From: Prorocentrum cordatum | Taxonomy: Eukaryota | Direction: 5' to 3' | DNA: 54,892 bases | Assembly (NCBI GenBank): GCA_963575745.1 | Contig: CAUYUJ010000204.1 | Span: 62,001 to 116,892, forward strand | Shown: positions 39,941 to 51,921 of the stretch, in pieces | Layout of the letters: each line of letters starts with the position of its first letter | How positions within the stretch are numbered: position 1 is the first letter of the stretch | The notes under the pieces: generated by a model | The model's database searches: none | What the model was told of the DNA's origin: nothing | The model's input: the letters and a program-made list of their open reading frames with translations, nothing else | Translations under genes and position numbers: made by a program

Positions 39941-40248
39941 CATGCGATGTCATGGTACGCGTCAGTCTTCAACACCATGCTATGCCATGTAATGCAATGC
40001 CATGCTACGACATCCAATTGTGCGAATAGAGAGGAGATCTACGCCATGGTAAGGGATGATAGGGAGGGGCAGGACTTCAGATATGACGCGAGCGCACCTA
40101 GCTTGTCCTCCACCCCTCCTCCCTTCCCTCGAGACCTCGAGACCGATTTCTTGAACGCCGCATGCCTGTGACTGGGCTCCGGCCGGCCCGCGCCGCCCCT
40201 GAAGGGACCCGCCGGCGAGCTGGCCCGCAGACTCGCGCGTCTCGGCCA

Positions 40249-40405
40249 CGCGCAGAGGGGGGGAGGGGGGAGGAGAGAAGCCTTCTTAGAAGCACCACTG
40301 CTCCTTAGACGGCGCGGGCCTTTCTGTAGATGTAAGGCCGTCGCCTTCTAAGAAGCAGCCTGCTTCTAAGAAGCCTTCCCCCCTCCCCTTTCCCCCCTCT
40401 GCGCG
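40249..40405. mobile_element. ~155-bp foldback, MITE-like
   Basis: Left arm CGCGCAGAGGGGGG..CTTCTTAGAAGCA..CTTAGA.GGCG..GGCCTT pairs with right arm AAGGCC..CGCC.TCTAAG..TGCTTCTAAGAAG..CCCCCCTCTGCGCG. Confidence 0.65.
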
Positions 40406-41429
40406 CCGCCAAGCGTCTGCGTCTGCGTCTGCGACTCCCCTTGTCCCCTTCGCCCTGCGAGTGGGGGAGGGGACGGCCCTCTCCTCTTTCCCCTCCTTCC
40501 TGATGGGGAGGCGGGCGCAGGGCCTCCTTCTTGCCCCCCTGCCCCCCCTGCCCCCCCTCCTCGGCCCTCGGCCAACGAAGACGGCCGTGGGGAGAGGCGC
40601 CAACGTGCCTCCACAGCTCAGACCTCAATAGTTCCCTTCAGGCGCCACTGGCCACCATCCATCGGGCCGAACGAAAGGGGGGGATAGGGAAAGGGGGGGT
40701 TACGAAATCTGCTGCATGCAGCTGGTCTCGGCCCCGCCGCCGGGCCCACTCCTCGATACATGGGCGCCTCCCGGCGCCTCCCGGCGCCTGGAAAATCGGC
40801 CAGGTGAGCTGCTCCTCCACCCTACCCTTTGCAGTCCCCCGCTTTCGCTCCCCCCGATTTGCGCGCACCGCCTGGGGAGGGCAGCCGATGCTCATGGCAG
40901 GCGCACGCCGGAGCGAGGTGCTCTCGCGGTGTCCGGGTGTCGAGTATGTGCGCTGGGGCCGCGCACCAAGCGGTAAGGCGGGCGTGCCCCTCTGCAGGAG
41001 GGAGGTTCCAAAGTAGTCAGAGTCCAGCGTCCTCTCCCCCCCTCGGTCGTGCGTCTCTCCCCGACCTCTCCGGCGGCTGCCCTCCGAGCGCCGAGGCCGC
41101 CGGCCGCCGCGGCCGGCCGGGCCGCGGGCACGGCGGCGGCGCCCCGCCCCGCGGCGCGCTCTTCGCGTGCCGCCCTCGCGGAGGCGGCGACGCGGCCGCG
41201 TCGGGGCCGAAGCTCGGAGGCAGGCCCAGGGTCGAGCAGTGGCAAGGCATCCTGGCTGTGCCTCTCAGGCTCAAGTCGGGCATGTCCCTCTGCAGGAGGA
41301 GCGTTCAAAAATAGTCCGAACATGGTGCGGGGACGATGCTTCGAGTATTTCCCCAATCAGAGCTTGCCTCTGTAGGGATCCTTGCGGATTCATATGTGTA
41401 GGTGACCTACCTCGCCGATTTTGGTGGCC

Positions 41430-41830
41430 GGGCTCGGGTGCCCGGGTGCCCGGGGGTGCCCGGGGGTGCCCAGGGGTGCCCAGGGGTGCCCAGGTGCCCA
41501 GGGGTGCCCGAGGGTAACGTGCCCAGGGGTGCCCGGGGGCCCGGGGGGGTGCCTGGGTACCGGGGTGCTCTATCGCCCTATCACCCTATAGCCCTATAGC
41601 CATATAGCCCTATAGTCCAATAGCCCTATAGCCCTATAGCCCTATAGCCATATAGCCCTATGGCCCTATAGCCCCAGAGCCCTATAGCCCTTAGCCCTAT
41701 AGCCCATACAGCCCATATAGCCCTATAGCCCTATAGCCCTATAGCCACAGAGCTCTATAGACCTACAGGCCTATAGCTTTATAGCCTTATAGCCCTGTAG
41801 CCCTGTGGCCCTCATGGCCTTCATAGCCCT
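41430..41830. repeat. Adjacent (GTGCCCRGGG)n 10-mer and (GCCCTATA)n 8-mer arrays
   Basis: Seen directly, switching near 41570. Confidence 0.9.
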
Positions 41831-44027
41831 CATGGCCTCCACAGCCCTCGCAGACTTCATACACCTAAGGAACAGTTATAACGGGATCTCATGTAAGATC
41901 AAAACAGACTCTGGTAGGGCTTTTTCTCCGGTATCATTCTTGACCATTTTTGAATATTGTTTGCTGGGCAATTTTTGATTTTTCGTCCAAAATCCCGCTG
42001 TGGGGGGACATGCCCGACCTAATCTTAGGCCCGCCAGAGAATGTTCTCAGAACCTTTTATGGGGCCGGCGAGTGGTAGACCAGAAACATTTCCGCCGTCG
42101 GGGGCAGGCGTCCCTGACGGTGGACACGAATATTTCGTACCGTTATTCGCCCGCTACACCTTGCTTGGTCTGCGCGACCTGTTCTCAGAACATTTTTGGC
42201 TGCGACTGTTTTGTTTTAGCACACCGGGGTGATTGTTCGAAGAACACGGTTTTTTGCTCTCAGAGCAGTCTTGTCTTCTGAGAACATTTCGTGGTAGGAC
42301 CACAGGAATGCCGGGACGGTCGGTCTCTGCTCAACAGGGGGGAGGCCGTTCCAACCACCATCCGACCCCTCTGGGCGCTGAGGGCTCCATCCGAGGGGGG
42401 CAGGAGGGGGCGGAGGAGGAGGAGGAGGGTGCGGGGGAGGAGGAGGAGGAGGAAGAGGAGAAGGAGGAGGAGGCGGAGGAGGAGGCGGAGGATGAGGAAT
42501 TCAGTTCTTTCGTGGGCGGCCCCCTTGGGCCCCTGAAGCGGCGCCAGGTGAGGCCGGGAGCGGCGAGAAGCTTCGGCTTGGCCGCCCGGAGAGGAGGGGG
42601 CGGGTTTTCCCAGAAGGCTTCGAAGGCCGCGGGCCCCCCTCCCTCGTTTGATTTTTTTTATGCATCTCGCACTGCATGCTGTTCAGACGCACCGGATTCT
42701 GGAGGCCACGGCCTCGCCCACCTGGTCTTAGCTAGGCCCAGACTCTGTCCGAAGCGGTGGTCGTTCGCTCTTTCGTTTGCTCGAAGCCCTCGCGCCTTCC
42801 GAGAAGGGCCTGCTCCTCCTAGCTTCCCCCTAAGGGCGCGCTGCCGAGAGGCCGTTCGCGCGCTTTTGTTGTGTGCCCCAGGGGGGCACGTCTGTGGCGG
42901 GGTTGCACAAGGTGTCTCTGGCTCAGTCCTGAGATCTGGGTGTTGATACATTTTGTTCCCAGACGTTCTCGCCCCAGATTCGGGCCCCGGGACCCTCACA
43001 GTTCGCTCGGGCTCGAGACATGGCGCTGAAAGATGGGGTCCGGGCCTCCTTCTTGTTCTGGGGGCGATGTTGCAGTTTCTCTACAACTTGCGATTTGATG
43101 GAAGGTGCTCCCCGTCTTTCGCTCTGTATCGGGGCCCCTGGGGCCCCCCTGGGCCTCGCGAGGGGTATGCCTCGGAGGGGCTTCCTGGGAAATCCTGGGG
43201 CCTCCCTGGGCCCGGAAGAGGAGATGGAGGATGATCGACAAGAAGGTCCGAGGAGGATGAGGAGGAGGACAACCCATGAGGCAGATCTACTCCTTCCTTC
43301 TTCCATCGTACCCTCTTCTCCCTGCTCTCCCTCCAATTCATCCCTTCTCTCCCTCCTCTTCCTCCTGATTACCCTCCATCTTTTTTCCTCCTCTAGAGTC
43401 CTTCTGGATAGTAACCTTTTCATCCCCCTCACCCTTCCACGCCTTCCTTCCATTCATATTTCTCCCCTCTCGCTCCCCCCCCGCCTCATCATGACTCTTC
43501 TCTTCCTCTTCCTTCCCCCTTCCGCTTCCTCTGTCCCCTCTTCCTTCGCTTCCTTCCCCCCTCTTCCCTCGCTCCCTCCTCCTCATCCCCGTCCCTTCTG
43601 CACCTCCTCCGCCTCGTCGGCCTTGCCCTCGTCGTCGTCCTCTCGCATGTCGCCGCTGCTCAGGTGGCTTTTTGCACCGCGCCCGCGGCGGGCATCGTCG
43701 CGTGCGCGAGATCAAGCAGGATCCGTCGGGGGACCAAGGGTACAGCAGCAGGACGGAAAAAATTGAGTATTGCGGATGAGGGAAGGAGGGGGAGGAGGAG
43801 AGGAGAAGGAGGAGGAGGGACGATGATGGGGGAATAGGAGGCGAAGGAAGGATTGCGACGACGACGACGACGACGGCGACGGCGATGACGACGACGACGA
43901 TGACGATGGTGACGGCGACGGCGATGACGACGACGACGGTGGTGGTGGTGACGATGATGATACTGTTCAATGTACAGTTCAGCGTACGAGGGTATGGCGA
44001 AGAAGGAACGAGTGGCGAGACGGCTTC

Positions 44028-44049
44028 TCCGTAGCTGTTTGGGTTCAAG
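44028..44049 (+). other. Spliced-leader relic inside repeat A1
   Basis: TCCGTAGCTGTTTGGGTTCAAG is 18/22 identical, ungapped, to TCCGTAGCCATTTTGGCTCAAG. A weaker copy (15/22) lies at 51126-51147. Confidence 0.7.
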
Positions 44050-44639
44050 TGGCCGGAACCCGCCTCGGCGGCTCTGGAGTAGCCGACGCAGGGTTGCTGA
44101 GGCAGCGCGCGGCGGGCGATGGTCGAAGTCCAGGGTCCGCCCCGCGGGGTGTTGGTGTTTCGGGGCAAGAGGCGGGCGCGCAGGCGCTCGGAGCCGGCGC
44201 CAGTGAGCGCGCCCGCCTGGAGTCCAGAACCCCGCGGGGCGAAGGGCCGTGGGCTCAAGCGTGGACCCCGCGGGGGCCGAGCGCCATGGTCAGCGAGAGA
44301 CCGGCGTCCGCGAACCTTCGGCGGCGCAGGACGCCACCGCGAGTCTGGCGTCTCATGCTGCAGGCAAGGCTTGCGGCGGCCGAATTCTCCAGAGCCACTG
44401 CCCTGGCGAAGCCGGCCAATATGGCCAGGAAGGGCGAGTCCGAGCGTGTTGCGGTGGTCGAGGCAACTGCGCGGCGCAGGCCTCGCGGCCTGCGGGCCAG
44501 TGCAAGCAGCCAGGGCAGGACAAAACCGAGGGCGTCGCGGGCACCGCTGGCGAGGGGGAAGAGGCGCCCGCGGGGCGGCAAGAAGGCTACGCAGAGGGCC
44601 CCGCGAGATTGTCCAGACCCCCGTGGGGGGTTGCCTGGG

Positions 44640-45870
44640 CCATGAGTGGCGGTGGGCGACAAGGAGTGGTATACCCCCCTCGTGGTGGTCAAGGCGGGCG
44701 ACGTGATCGATGTGCAGAGCGAGGTGAACGGCAATGCCCGCCATGTCCTCGTGGTGGCAGACGGCGAGTCGTTCGCTGTCGACGGCAAGGGCGGCGCCTT
44801 CCTCGAGGCTGTCTTCGTCGAGGTCGTGGGGGGCGCAAGCGTCAACTATCTGAACCGCCCCCTGCAAGGAGATGAGGGCAAGGGGCTACTACATTTCTGC
44901 GACGAGGCCGCGGTAGAGTGCCGGGTGGAGAGCCCCGACGCGTGCCGCGAGCTGGCACGCGTCGACTCGTGCCGGGTGGGGCCAGACATCAAGCCGACCT
45001 TCGGAGCCCCGGCGCCTCCGCCGAGCGAGAAGGGCGATGCCTCGAAGGCGGGCCTCGCAGACGGGGCGGCTCCCCTTCGACGAAGATGACGATGGGCTGC
45101 TCCCGTTGCCTCACCCAGCCTTCCCACCTCATGGGGTCAGGAGGCCCGACCCTGAGAGGCGGCTTGTGGGGCTCGGGCAGAGGATCGGCCGCTCCGAGCC
45201 CAGGGGGCTCGAAGCGAGGTGTTCGCGGCGCCGGTGGCGCGAGTGCAGGCCAAGTGATGGCCAAGAGGGCCGGGCGACGCCGCGAGAAGCCGCGGGGGGC
45301 CCCGCCCGAGGGCTACTTGCGCCCAAGTTCTGGGGGGGGGCGTCAGGCCACCGCCGCTGGCGGGAGACTGGGAAGATGCGACCGACGCCAAGTCTAGTTC
45401 TCGCCTGGCCCGTCTTCGGGCGCGCGAGGATTTTGCACCGTTCGTTTGCCGATTTCGGGGCAGCTTCTGCAGCTGGCGATCGAGGATCTCAAGCGCTCCC
45501 TGGGCGTCCGAGGAGGGCCCTCCACGTCGGGTCAGATCCCATCAGGGGCGATGTTCCTCTTGTGCCTTGCGACCGTGATCCGCACGCAGTACTCCCAGCG
45601 ACGCTGGGCGAGAGAGGTCGCGAAATTAGGGCCCTCGGCGAGACTTTGGGCGCTATCCTCTTCGATGGCCTGCTGAGGGTAGCCGACCCGTGCGCGCAGC
45701 GGTTCAAGAGCCGCGAGGTCAGGGCCCAGGGCGGCAGCGCTCGCCTCGCCGCGCCGGGCGAGCTAATTCCTCGGCGCCCGATCGGTCTCGCAGGTCCGTC
45801 GGAGCAGATGCTGGTCGGCCAGCTGGAATCGCAGAGAGCGAAACTCACAGAGATTGAGCAGTCGTCCAAG
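44640..45870 (+). pseudogene. gag-like ORF remnant of the YR element
   Basis: Coding-like segments (LLHFCDEAAVEC; GQLLQLAIEDLKRSLG; REIRALGETLGAILFDGLLRVADPCAQRFKS, QRFK at 45697) lie upstream of RT. Identity is inferred largely from position. Confidence 0.5.
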
Positions 45871-46949
45871 ATGGCCGAACGGCCCTCCGGCTCGTGGGTT
45901 GGGGGCCTCGCGGAGGCGCAGCCCGAGGCGACCCGTCGGACCAACGCGGCAGCGAAGTGGGGGGCTCGGCGTCGAGCGCCCAGCGATCGCCGCCCCTTGC
46001 TTCCAGATCTTGCTGGGGCGGAAGCGGATTAGCCCGATGGGGGCGTGGGCGATGGCGAGGGGCGTGCGGGGGGGTCAACGGGGCGAGGAGGAAGCCCTTC
46101 CGCCGCTTGCGAAGGAGAAGTACAAGTACCCGAGGGGGGCATCCGCGTCGCCCCCGCCCCCTCGGCCAGAGCCTCAGAGGAAGGCGATGCTGAGTCCTCC
46201 GACCAGAGCCCAGGGCGCGGCAGGGTGGGGGTGCGCAAAGGAGGGCGCGCAAGAGAAGCTTGCCGCGCCGACGCTGCCGCGCCCATGGGACCAGGGTTCG
46301 GGGCAGGGCTACCCGCGGCAGGAGGGCTTCAGGACGGCTCGATGATGATCGCCGCCAGGGTCGCCGACCCGTCGGGCCTCGCAGAGATCAGTTTCGCTGC
46401 TCAGAGGCGGATAATGGGAGGGGGGCCCTGTGACAGTCGCCAGGGTACCTCGCTCGAGGAGCTCTGCCGCCGCGAGGCCCCGCTCGTCGTCGGTGCAATG
46501 CGCCTTCGAGGCGGCGATCTCGGGCCACTTGTCGGGCGGGAGGGCGAAGTCCCCGACGTTCTCGAGCGCTGCCTTCGCCGCGGGACGGCAGTGGTCGACT
46601 GCCTCCGGTGCCCCGCAGTTCTCGCGTGGCGGGGGCCCCGCCTCGATCTGGGCCCGTGTGATGAGCTCGCGCATGGCGCTGGACACCGTGGCGGCATCCT
46701 ACCGCGTGACCTACTGTGTCGCGTGGTCGCTGCCCCGTCTCGATCACAGGTGGACGGCCGCGTCCTCCATGTGCTGGACAGCCTCCTGCTGGGCGGCGGC
46801 GTAACGAGGGGCGTTGGGGGTGCCGAGCTTGGCCGCGAAACTGCTGTCCGAGTGATCGCCGGTGGTCAGCAGTGCCTGCTGGCAAATCCAAGCGCCTGCC
46901 CCTGCCTTCCACCAGGAAGCCAGCCGCTCGTCTACGCCGCATACCTTCT

Positions 46950-48030
46950 GGCTCTGTTCTGGGCCTTCAGATGCCCGAAGAGCTCCACAATGTTTTTGCC
47001 ATCGTTAGACAGGGGGGAGCGGCAGGGCGTCTCGCCGACGCTCGGCGTTCTCGACCGCGCGGCGCGCTTCGTCGAACGCCCGGCGCGCCTCCTCACCCAG
47101 CCTAGTGTCGGACAGGAGGGCCATCCGCGAGATGGGCGGATGTTTCACTCACCCCTCGTGGAAGACGTGATGTTGCACCCCTCATGGAAGACGAGGTGGC
47201 CTTGTTCGCGGGTGCGACATTTCTGTCTGCTTCCACGCCTGCAGCCTTCCTCCCCAGTGGTGGGGGTGGTTTGCTCTCTCCAAATCGCGCAGGTCGTTTG
47301 GGCCCGACGGCGGTGCAGAAAGGGTTCGGGTGCGTGACGGTGATCCCGATGGGCTGGCTCTCCGCTGTCGGGGTGGCCCAGCGCGTGATGACCTACAGAT
47401 CTCTGCCGATGGCCTGGCGAGGTGCGCCCAGCTGGATGCGAGCCAGGGGTCGAGACGCGACGCGCCGTTCCCCGCGTGGAAGGCAGCCTGGCCAGCTTTG
47501 GTGTTGGAGCAAGTGCGTGGATGAATCCGAGTAGACAGTCTACTGAGGCCGTCGATGTCGCTGCGTATCCGACCGCCGGGAGGTCTTGAGGGGCGCGCTG
47601 GCGTCGGTGCAGGCGCCCATGTCGGTCCAGAAGGGCGTGGTTTGGTCACCTTTCGCACTTCGGAGGGGGGTCGAGGTGGGCGGCCCGGCGGGGGGCCCCC
47701 GCCCATCGGGCGTCTGCTGGGGCATGTGGGTCTGGCGGCCTGGCCTGGCTACTCGTCCAGGCTGACGTGTCTCTCGTGGGGGTGCAGTCCGTATGCGGGC
47801 TCTGGGTGTCCAACCTCACGTTGCGGCGGCAGGCCCACCAGCTGCCTCGATGAGGCGCGGCGTTGCGGCGCTTGCCTTCGCGGAGGGCGGCGCTGGGCAT
47901 GCGCGAGTACGACGAGTTTGTCACGTGCGTGATGGTCGCCCCCGTGCTGGCCAGCGACGCGCGCGGTCCGCTGGACTGCCGCCCTATCGCTTCCGATGCA
48001 TCGGGGCGGGGGGGCGGCGCGTCCGTCGGA
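46950..48030 (+). pseudogene. RT and RNase H N-terminal remnants of the YR element
   Basis: VIPMGWLSAVGVAQ (PMGW 47346-47357), CVDE at the YxDD position (47514-47525), IASDASGRGGG (SDAS 47992-48003). Confidence 0.78.
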
Positions 48031-48104
48031 ACTCACCTCGCGGAGGGCGGGGTGCAGGCAGCGCTGCTGTGTTCATCGGTGCCCGAGGCGCTGCGCGACC
48101 AGGG

Positions 48105-48176
48105 GGGCGACGCCGCCGAGTTCTGCGGGGGCGTCCGCGGGCCCAGGATGAGTTTGGACCCCCTCGGCGCGCAAGT

Positions 48177-48218
<42 letters not shown>

Positions 48219-48945
48219 CAGGCTGCGCAGAGACCAGCAAGGGTAGTTCAGGGTCGCTTCCCACGACGTCCCCGTTATCGACATTTGCGAGAACGTGGCC
48301 TCGTGGAGTTTGCAGGGCGCAGTGGTGATGTCTGAGGCCCGGGTCCGCCAGCCGCTGTGCATCGACTCCGTGGGGGTCTCGGAGTTTTCGCAACCTCGGC
48401 AGTGCTGGCCGAACTTCGCGATCGTGGAGACGGATGGCGTCCAAGTCACCGCGGGCGACGTCGTTGAACTCGTCGAGCTGGTGGCTCCGCCGGAGCCGAA
48501 GGAAATGCAGCTCGACGAAGGCCGATCGCGGGCAGCGCCGCCAGAACAGCCCCTGCCGACAATTCCTCGGGCGACCCCTCGCATGCTGCCAGGGCGTGGC
48601 CCATGAGGCGCCGAAGGGTGCGATGCCATCGCTCTCGAGCACTAGTCGAAAGATTGGCACAGGGTTCCCCCGTAGCAGTTCTTGCCGCAGTACCGCGTCG
48701 AGGTGACCGCCGAGGGCGATGAGGCGTACTGCGTGGAGCCAGGGACTTGGGCTCTCAGCTCGTGCCCAGTGGTGGCGCCAGCCGGGCGTGATCTGCTGAT
48801 GGGCTACTTGCCAGGCTACGCGCTCGGCGGTGAGCGGGGGCTGAACAAGCTCCCTCCCCTGGATTCGCGTGAGCTCGAGGCTGGGCGGTGCCCGCGGCTT
48901 GGCAGCGAATTCCACGCTGCGGTCGTGTCGCGGTTGGTGGGTCTG
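48105..48945 (+). pseudogene. Dnmt3-like cytosine methyltransferase remnant
   Basis: EFCGGVRGPRMSLDPLG (motif I, 48118), ENVASW..MSEARVRQPLCIDSVGVSEFSQPRQCWPN (motifs VI-VIII, ENV 48289), RDLLMGYLPGYA (IX), RCPRLGSEFHAAVVSRL (X). Motif IV (PC) not found. Confidence 0.8.
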
Positions 48946-49139
48946 GGGGCCCACGGCGCTGCCCCCCTGGAGCAGGCGCCGACTCCCGAGGCCGTCCAGC
49001 GCGTCTTCTATGAGTGCGCGGTGAAGCGGAAGGCCTTTCAGCTGGACCAGCAGAGGCTCGACCGCGATCTCATGGCGAAGCAGAGGTTCGGGGCGCTAGC
49101 CCAGCGCCCTTCTGAGCGCAGCTTTGATGCGCTCATGGG

Positions 49140-49550
49140 CATCATGATGCTGGGGCTGTTCCGCCGTGCGGACAGTCGGGGGAGAGACGCTCGTCATGCC
49201 TCCGGGCTGCCCTGCCGTTGCAAAACCTGGTCGAGGGTCAGCGTGGATCAGAGGCGTTGGCTGTGGCACTACGTGGTGGTCATGAAGTTCCATTGGTCCC
49301 GGCGCTGGAGCTGCAGGTGCTGCGCAGCGCCTTTCGGTGTAATGCTCTGCCTCGAGGCCCTCGGCTCGAGGGCGTGCATGTTCGCGGATTTCCCGGGTGG
49401 CCGTCGCCGTCGCTGCGAAAGGCCCCCCTTTCGTCGAAGCGCCTTAACGCCGCTTTGTGCCGCCTCGGCGCGCTCTGCCTCGGTGCCTTCAGCGCCCCGC
49501 TCTCCGTGCGCACTGTGCGGCGAATGACCTCGCCGACGCTCCGTGCCGCG
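49140..49550 (+). pseudogene. RNase H C-terminal remnant of the YR element
   Basis: RRADSRGRDAR..W.R.SVD..W.W followed by ALELQ..AFR..SSKRLNAALCRL, consistent with the E-helix and later part of a DIRS-type RNase H. Confidence 0.55.
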
Positions 49551-49599
49551 CGCCATGGGCCCCGAGAGGATGAGGGCCGTCGGCGCCGCGGGCGCATCG

Positions 49600-50423
49600 C
49601 AAGGCAGCGAGGGCAGTGCTGGGCAGACTGGGCGACGCTGTTCTAGCCGAGGGAGTGCTGAAGGAGTGCCCCGAATTTGCGCGCCGCTTCTTCCCGTGGG
49701 CGTTCAGACGCCCCGAGCCGCCCTGCAACGTTGATCTCGGCAGGCTGGACCAGCTGTGCTCCGAGAGCGACGATGATTTGCGGGGTGATGGCGAGCCGGA
49801 AGGTTGGGCTGCCTGCGCTCTCGCAGCCGCCCGGTATTTTCCCCCAAGCGCGAGGCGTCCTTTGCCGTCGGCGCGACGCTTTAAGTCGGCTGCTGGCAAG
49901 CTGGAGTTGCCCGAGCGAGCATCGCCAATCACGCCGGGTGCGGCGTTGGCGCTCGCGGGGGTGATTGTTCAAGTGGGGCGCCCGCGATCGGCGGTCGCCG
50001 TGGCCGCGGGCTCTCACTGCGTGCAGGTCTTCGCGATCCGCGAGCGCGACATCGCAATTGCGAGGACAGGTAAAAGTTCCGTTGCCAATCACCAGCACAC
50101 CAGCAGCGGTCAGAGGCTGAATCAACATGATATGGTTAGCTTTGACGACGCGAACTCGGTGGGTTGGCTCTCCAAGACCCTCCAGGGGTTCCTGCCAGAA
50201 GATTGGTTGGTGGCGCAGGTCCTCTCAGTCCTTCTGCAGCCTCTTCTATAGGTCTCTGCGGGTTCTTCAGCTTTCGTCGTTTGGGTTCAAGCCGTGCAGT
50301 CTGTTGAGAGGAGGGGCCACTCACCATTGCCGTTTTCTGGCTGATATCACCCCGGCAGTCCTCCTGGGGCGATGGGCCAACATCAAGACGGCCCGAAATT
50401 GTATCGCCGATGCTTTCTGGTGA
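49600..50423 (+). pseudogene. Tyrosine recombinase remnant
   Basis: ELPERASPI upstream, then GFKPCSLLRGGAT (decayed H/YSLRRGGAT, 50283), LLGRW (50367) and KTARNCI, with TGT at the expected catalytic Tyr (50400). Confidence 0.82.
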
Positions 50424-51624
50424 ATTGTCAGGAGTACGAGTTCTTCAGCAAACGGCTGGAAGCCACCAGAATATTCAAGGCACTTGCGGCAACAGCGGAT
50501 CGTTCACCATCCTAGGGAAGTGTGGGGTCTGTGTTTTCGCTGTTCCTGAGGTGTGTCTTGACTGGGGCGTCTTCAGTTTTTTTCTTGGGCATGTGCTTCA
50601 TCGTGAGGGGCGTCCTAGTTGGCGTCCAGTTGAGGAGCATGCGGCTCGTTAGCCAGGCAGAGAAGGGAACGCTGCAGCGTGTCACTGGCGTCTCAGAGAA
50701 GTGCCGCGTTTACCCGGAGGGTCAGTGGACCCCGATGGCGCCCAAATCTCGCCGCAGGCGAGGACGTCCGCGCATCCCGTGCGACCCAGTGATCGCGGCC
50801 CGACGGGCACGGCCGACCTGGGGTGCACTAGCTGGTAGCCTATCTACATTGGAAGATGTGTGTAAACATAGCCTCCGAGGTATGAGTGAGGCGCAACCGA
50901 TCTTGTTAGGAATATGTGTGTAAACATTTCCTGTGAGGTATGACGTAGGCGCAACAGTGAATGCGAGGTTGTATCCGACCTCAGTGGTTGGGTGCGTGAG
51001 CCTGGCGGCCACCGCGCGCGCATTACGCTTTGGCGCGCGTCTGTCGAGAAAACGGCCGCCGTCATGAATGCGTAGGTCAGCGTGCGGAAGTATGGCGGGA
51101 ACACAACGATGAGCGCGACGGCTTCTCCGTAGCTGTTGGGGCCCAGTAGCCGGGCCCTGGAATGCCTCCGAAGCCATGTCGCTGTCGACTTGGCCTTGAG
51201 ACATGTGGCTCGACAGTGTCCCGTCTCGTTGCTGGGGAACTCAGACGTGCCCCGCTCGCGGAGAGAGTGTGTCCCTGGTTTCTCAGAGACTGGCCCTGGA
51301 GGGCCGCTCTGGCCCAGAGGCGTTGTGGACCGCAGTGGCGCCCATCCCTCGTCGCAGGCGAGGATGCCCGTGTATCCCTCGCGATCCAGTGATCGCGGCT
51401 TGACTGGGCACGGCAGATCTTGTGCGCGGTAGGTCATAGTCTAGCTACTTCGCAATGTGTGTGTGTGTGTGTCTTTGTGTGTATATAGAGCTTCTGACGT
51501 ATGAAGTAGGCGCAATTCCGACCTTGAGGATGTAGCCGGCCTCAGTGGTTGGGAACGTGATTCTGGTACCCAACGCACGCGCATGACGCTCTTGTGCGCG
51601 TCTGTCGATAAAACGGGCCGCTGG

Positions 51625-51700
51625 GATGATGCTGATGGTGATGATAATTCGGATGTTGACGATATGATGACAATGATTGTAATGATGATGGTGGTGGTAG

Positions 51701-51762
<62 letters not shown>

Positions 51763-51835
51763 TTGCTGGTGGTAGTGATGACGATGTTGCTGCCATACTG
51801 GTGGTGGTGATGGCCATGATGGGCTTGATGATGGG
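51625..51835. repeat. (GAT)n microsatellite, right flank of the YR element
   Basis: Seen directly. A related GAC/GAT tract lies at 43855-43961. Confidence 0.92.
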
Positions 51836-51880
51836 TATGAATCCTGTTCCCTACTTGCCACGCTCTCATTGTTATATACA

Positions 51881-51921
<41 letters not shown>

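Larger units (their letters stand above)
43965..51622 (+). mobile_element. Decayed tyrosine-recombinase retrotransposon (DIRS/Ngaro/PAT-type) with Dnmt3-like domain and split direct repeats
   Basis: Collinear gag-like, RT, RNase H, Dnmt3-like and YR motifs. Repeats A1 (43968-44062), B1 (50684-51062), A2 (51066-51158), B2 (51264-51622). GAT/GAC tracts on both sides. Confidence 0.85.

Noticed and set aside
41570..41830. Interstitial telomere
   Set aside because: The unit TATAGGGC is only telomere-like and does not match TTTAGGG.
44028..44110. Functional SL RNA gene
   Set aside because: Four mismatches in the 22-mer, and no GT donor directly after the terminal AAG. Better read as a relic.
43338..47337. 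Long ORFs (509, 331, 430 aa) as intact genes
   Set aside because: Products of GC-rich decayed element DNA. The true motifs hop between frames.
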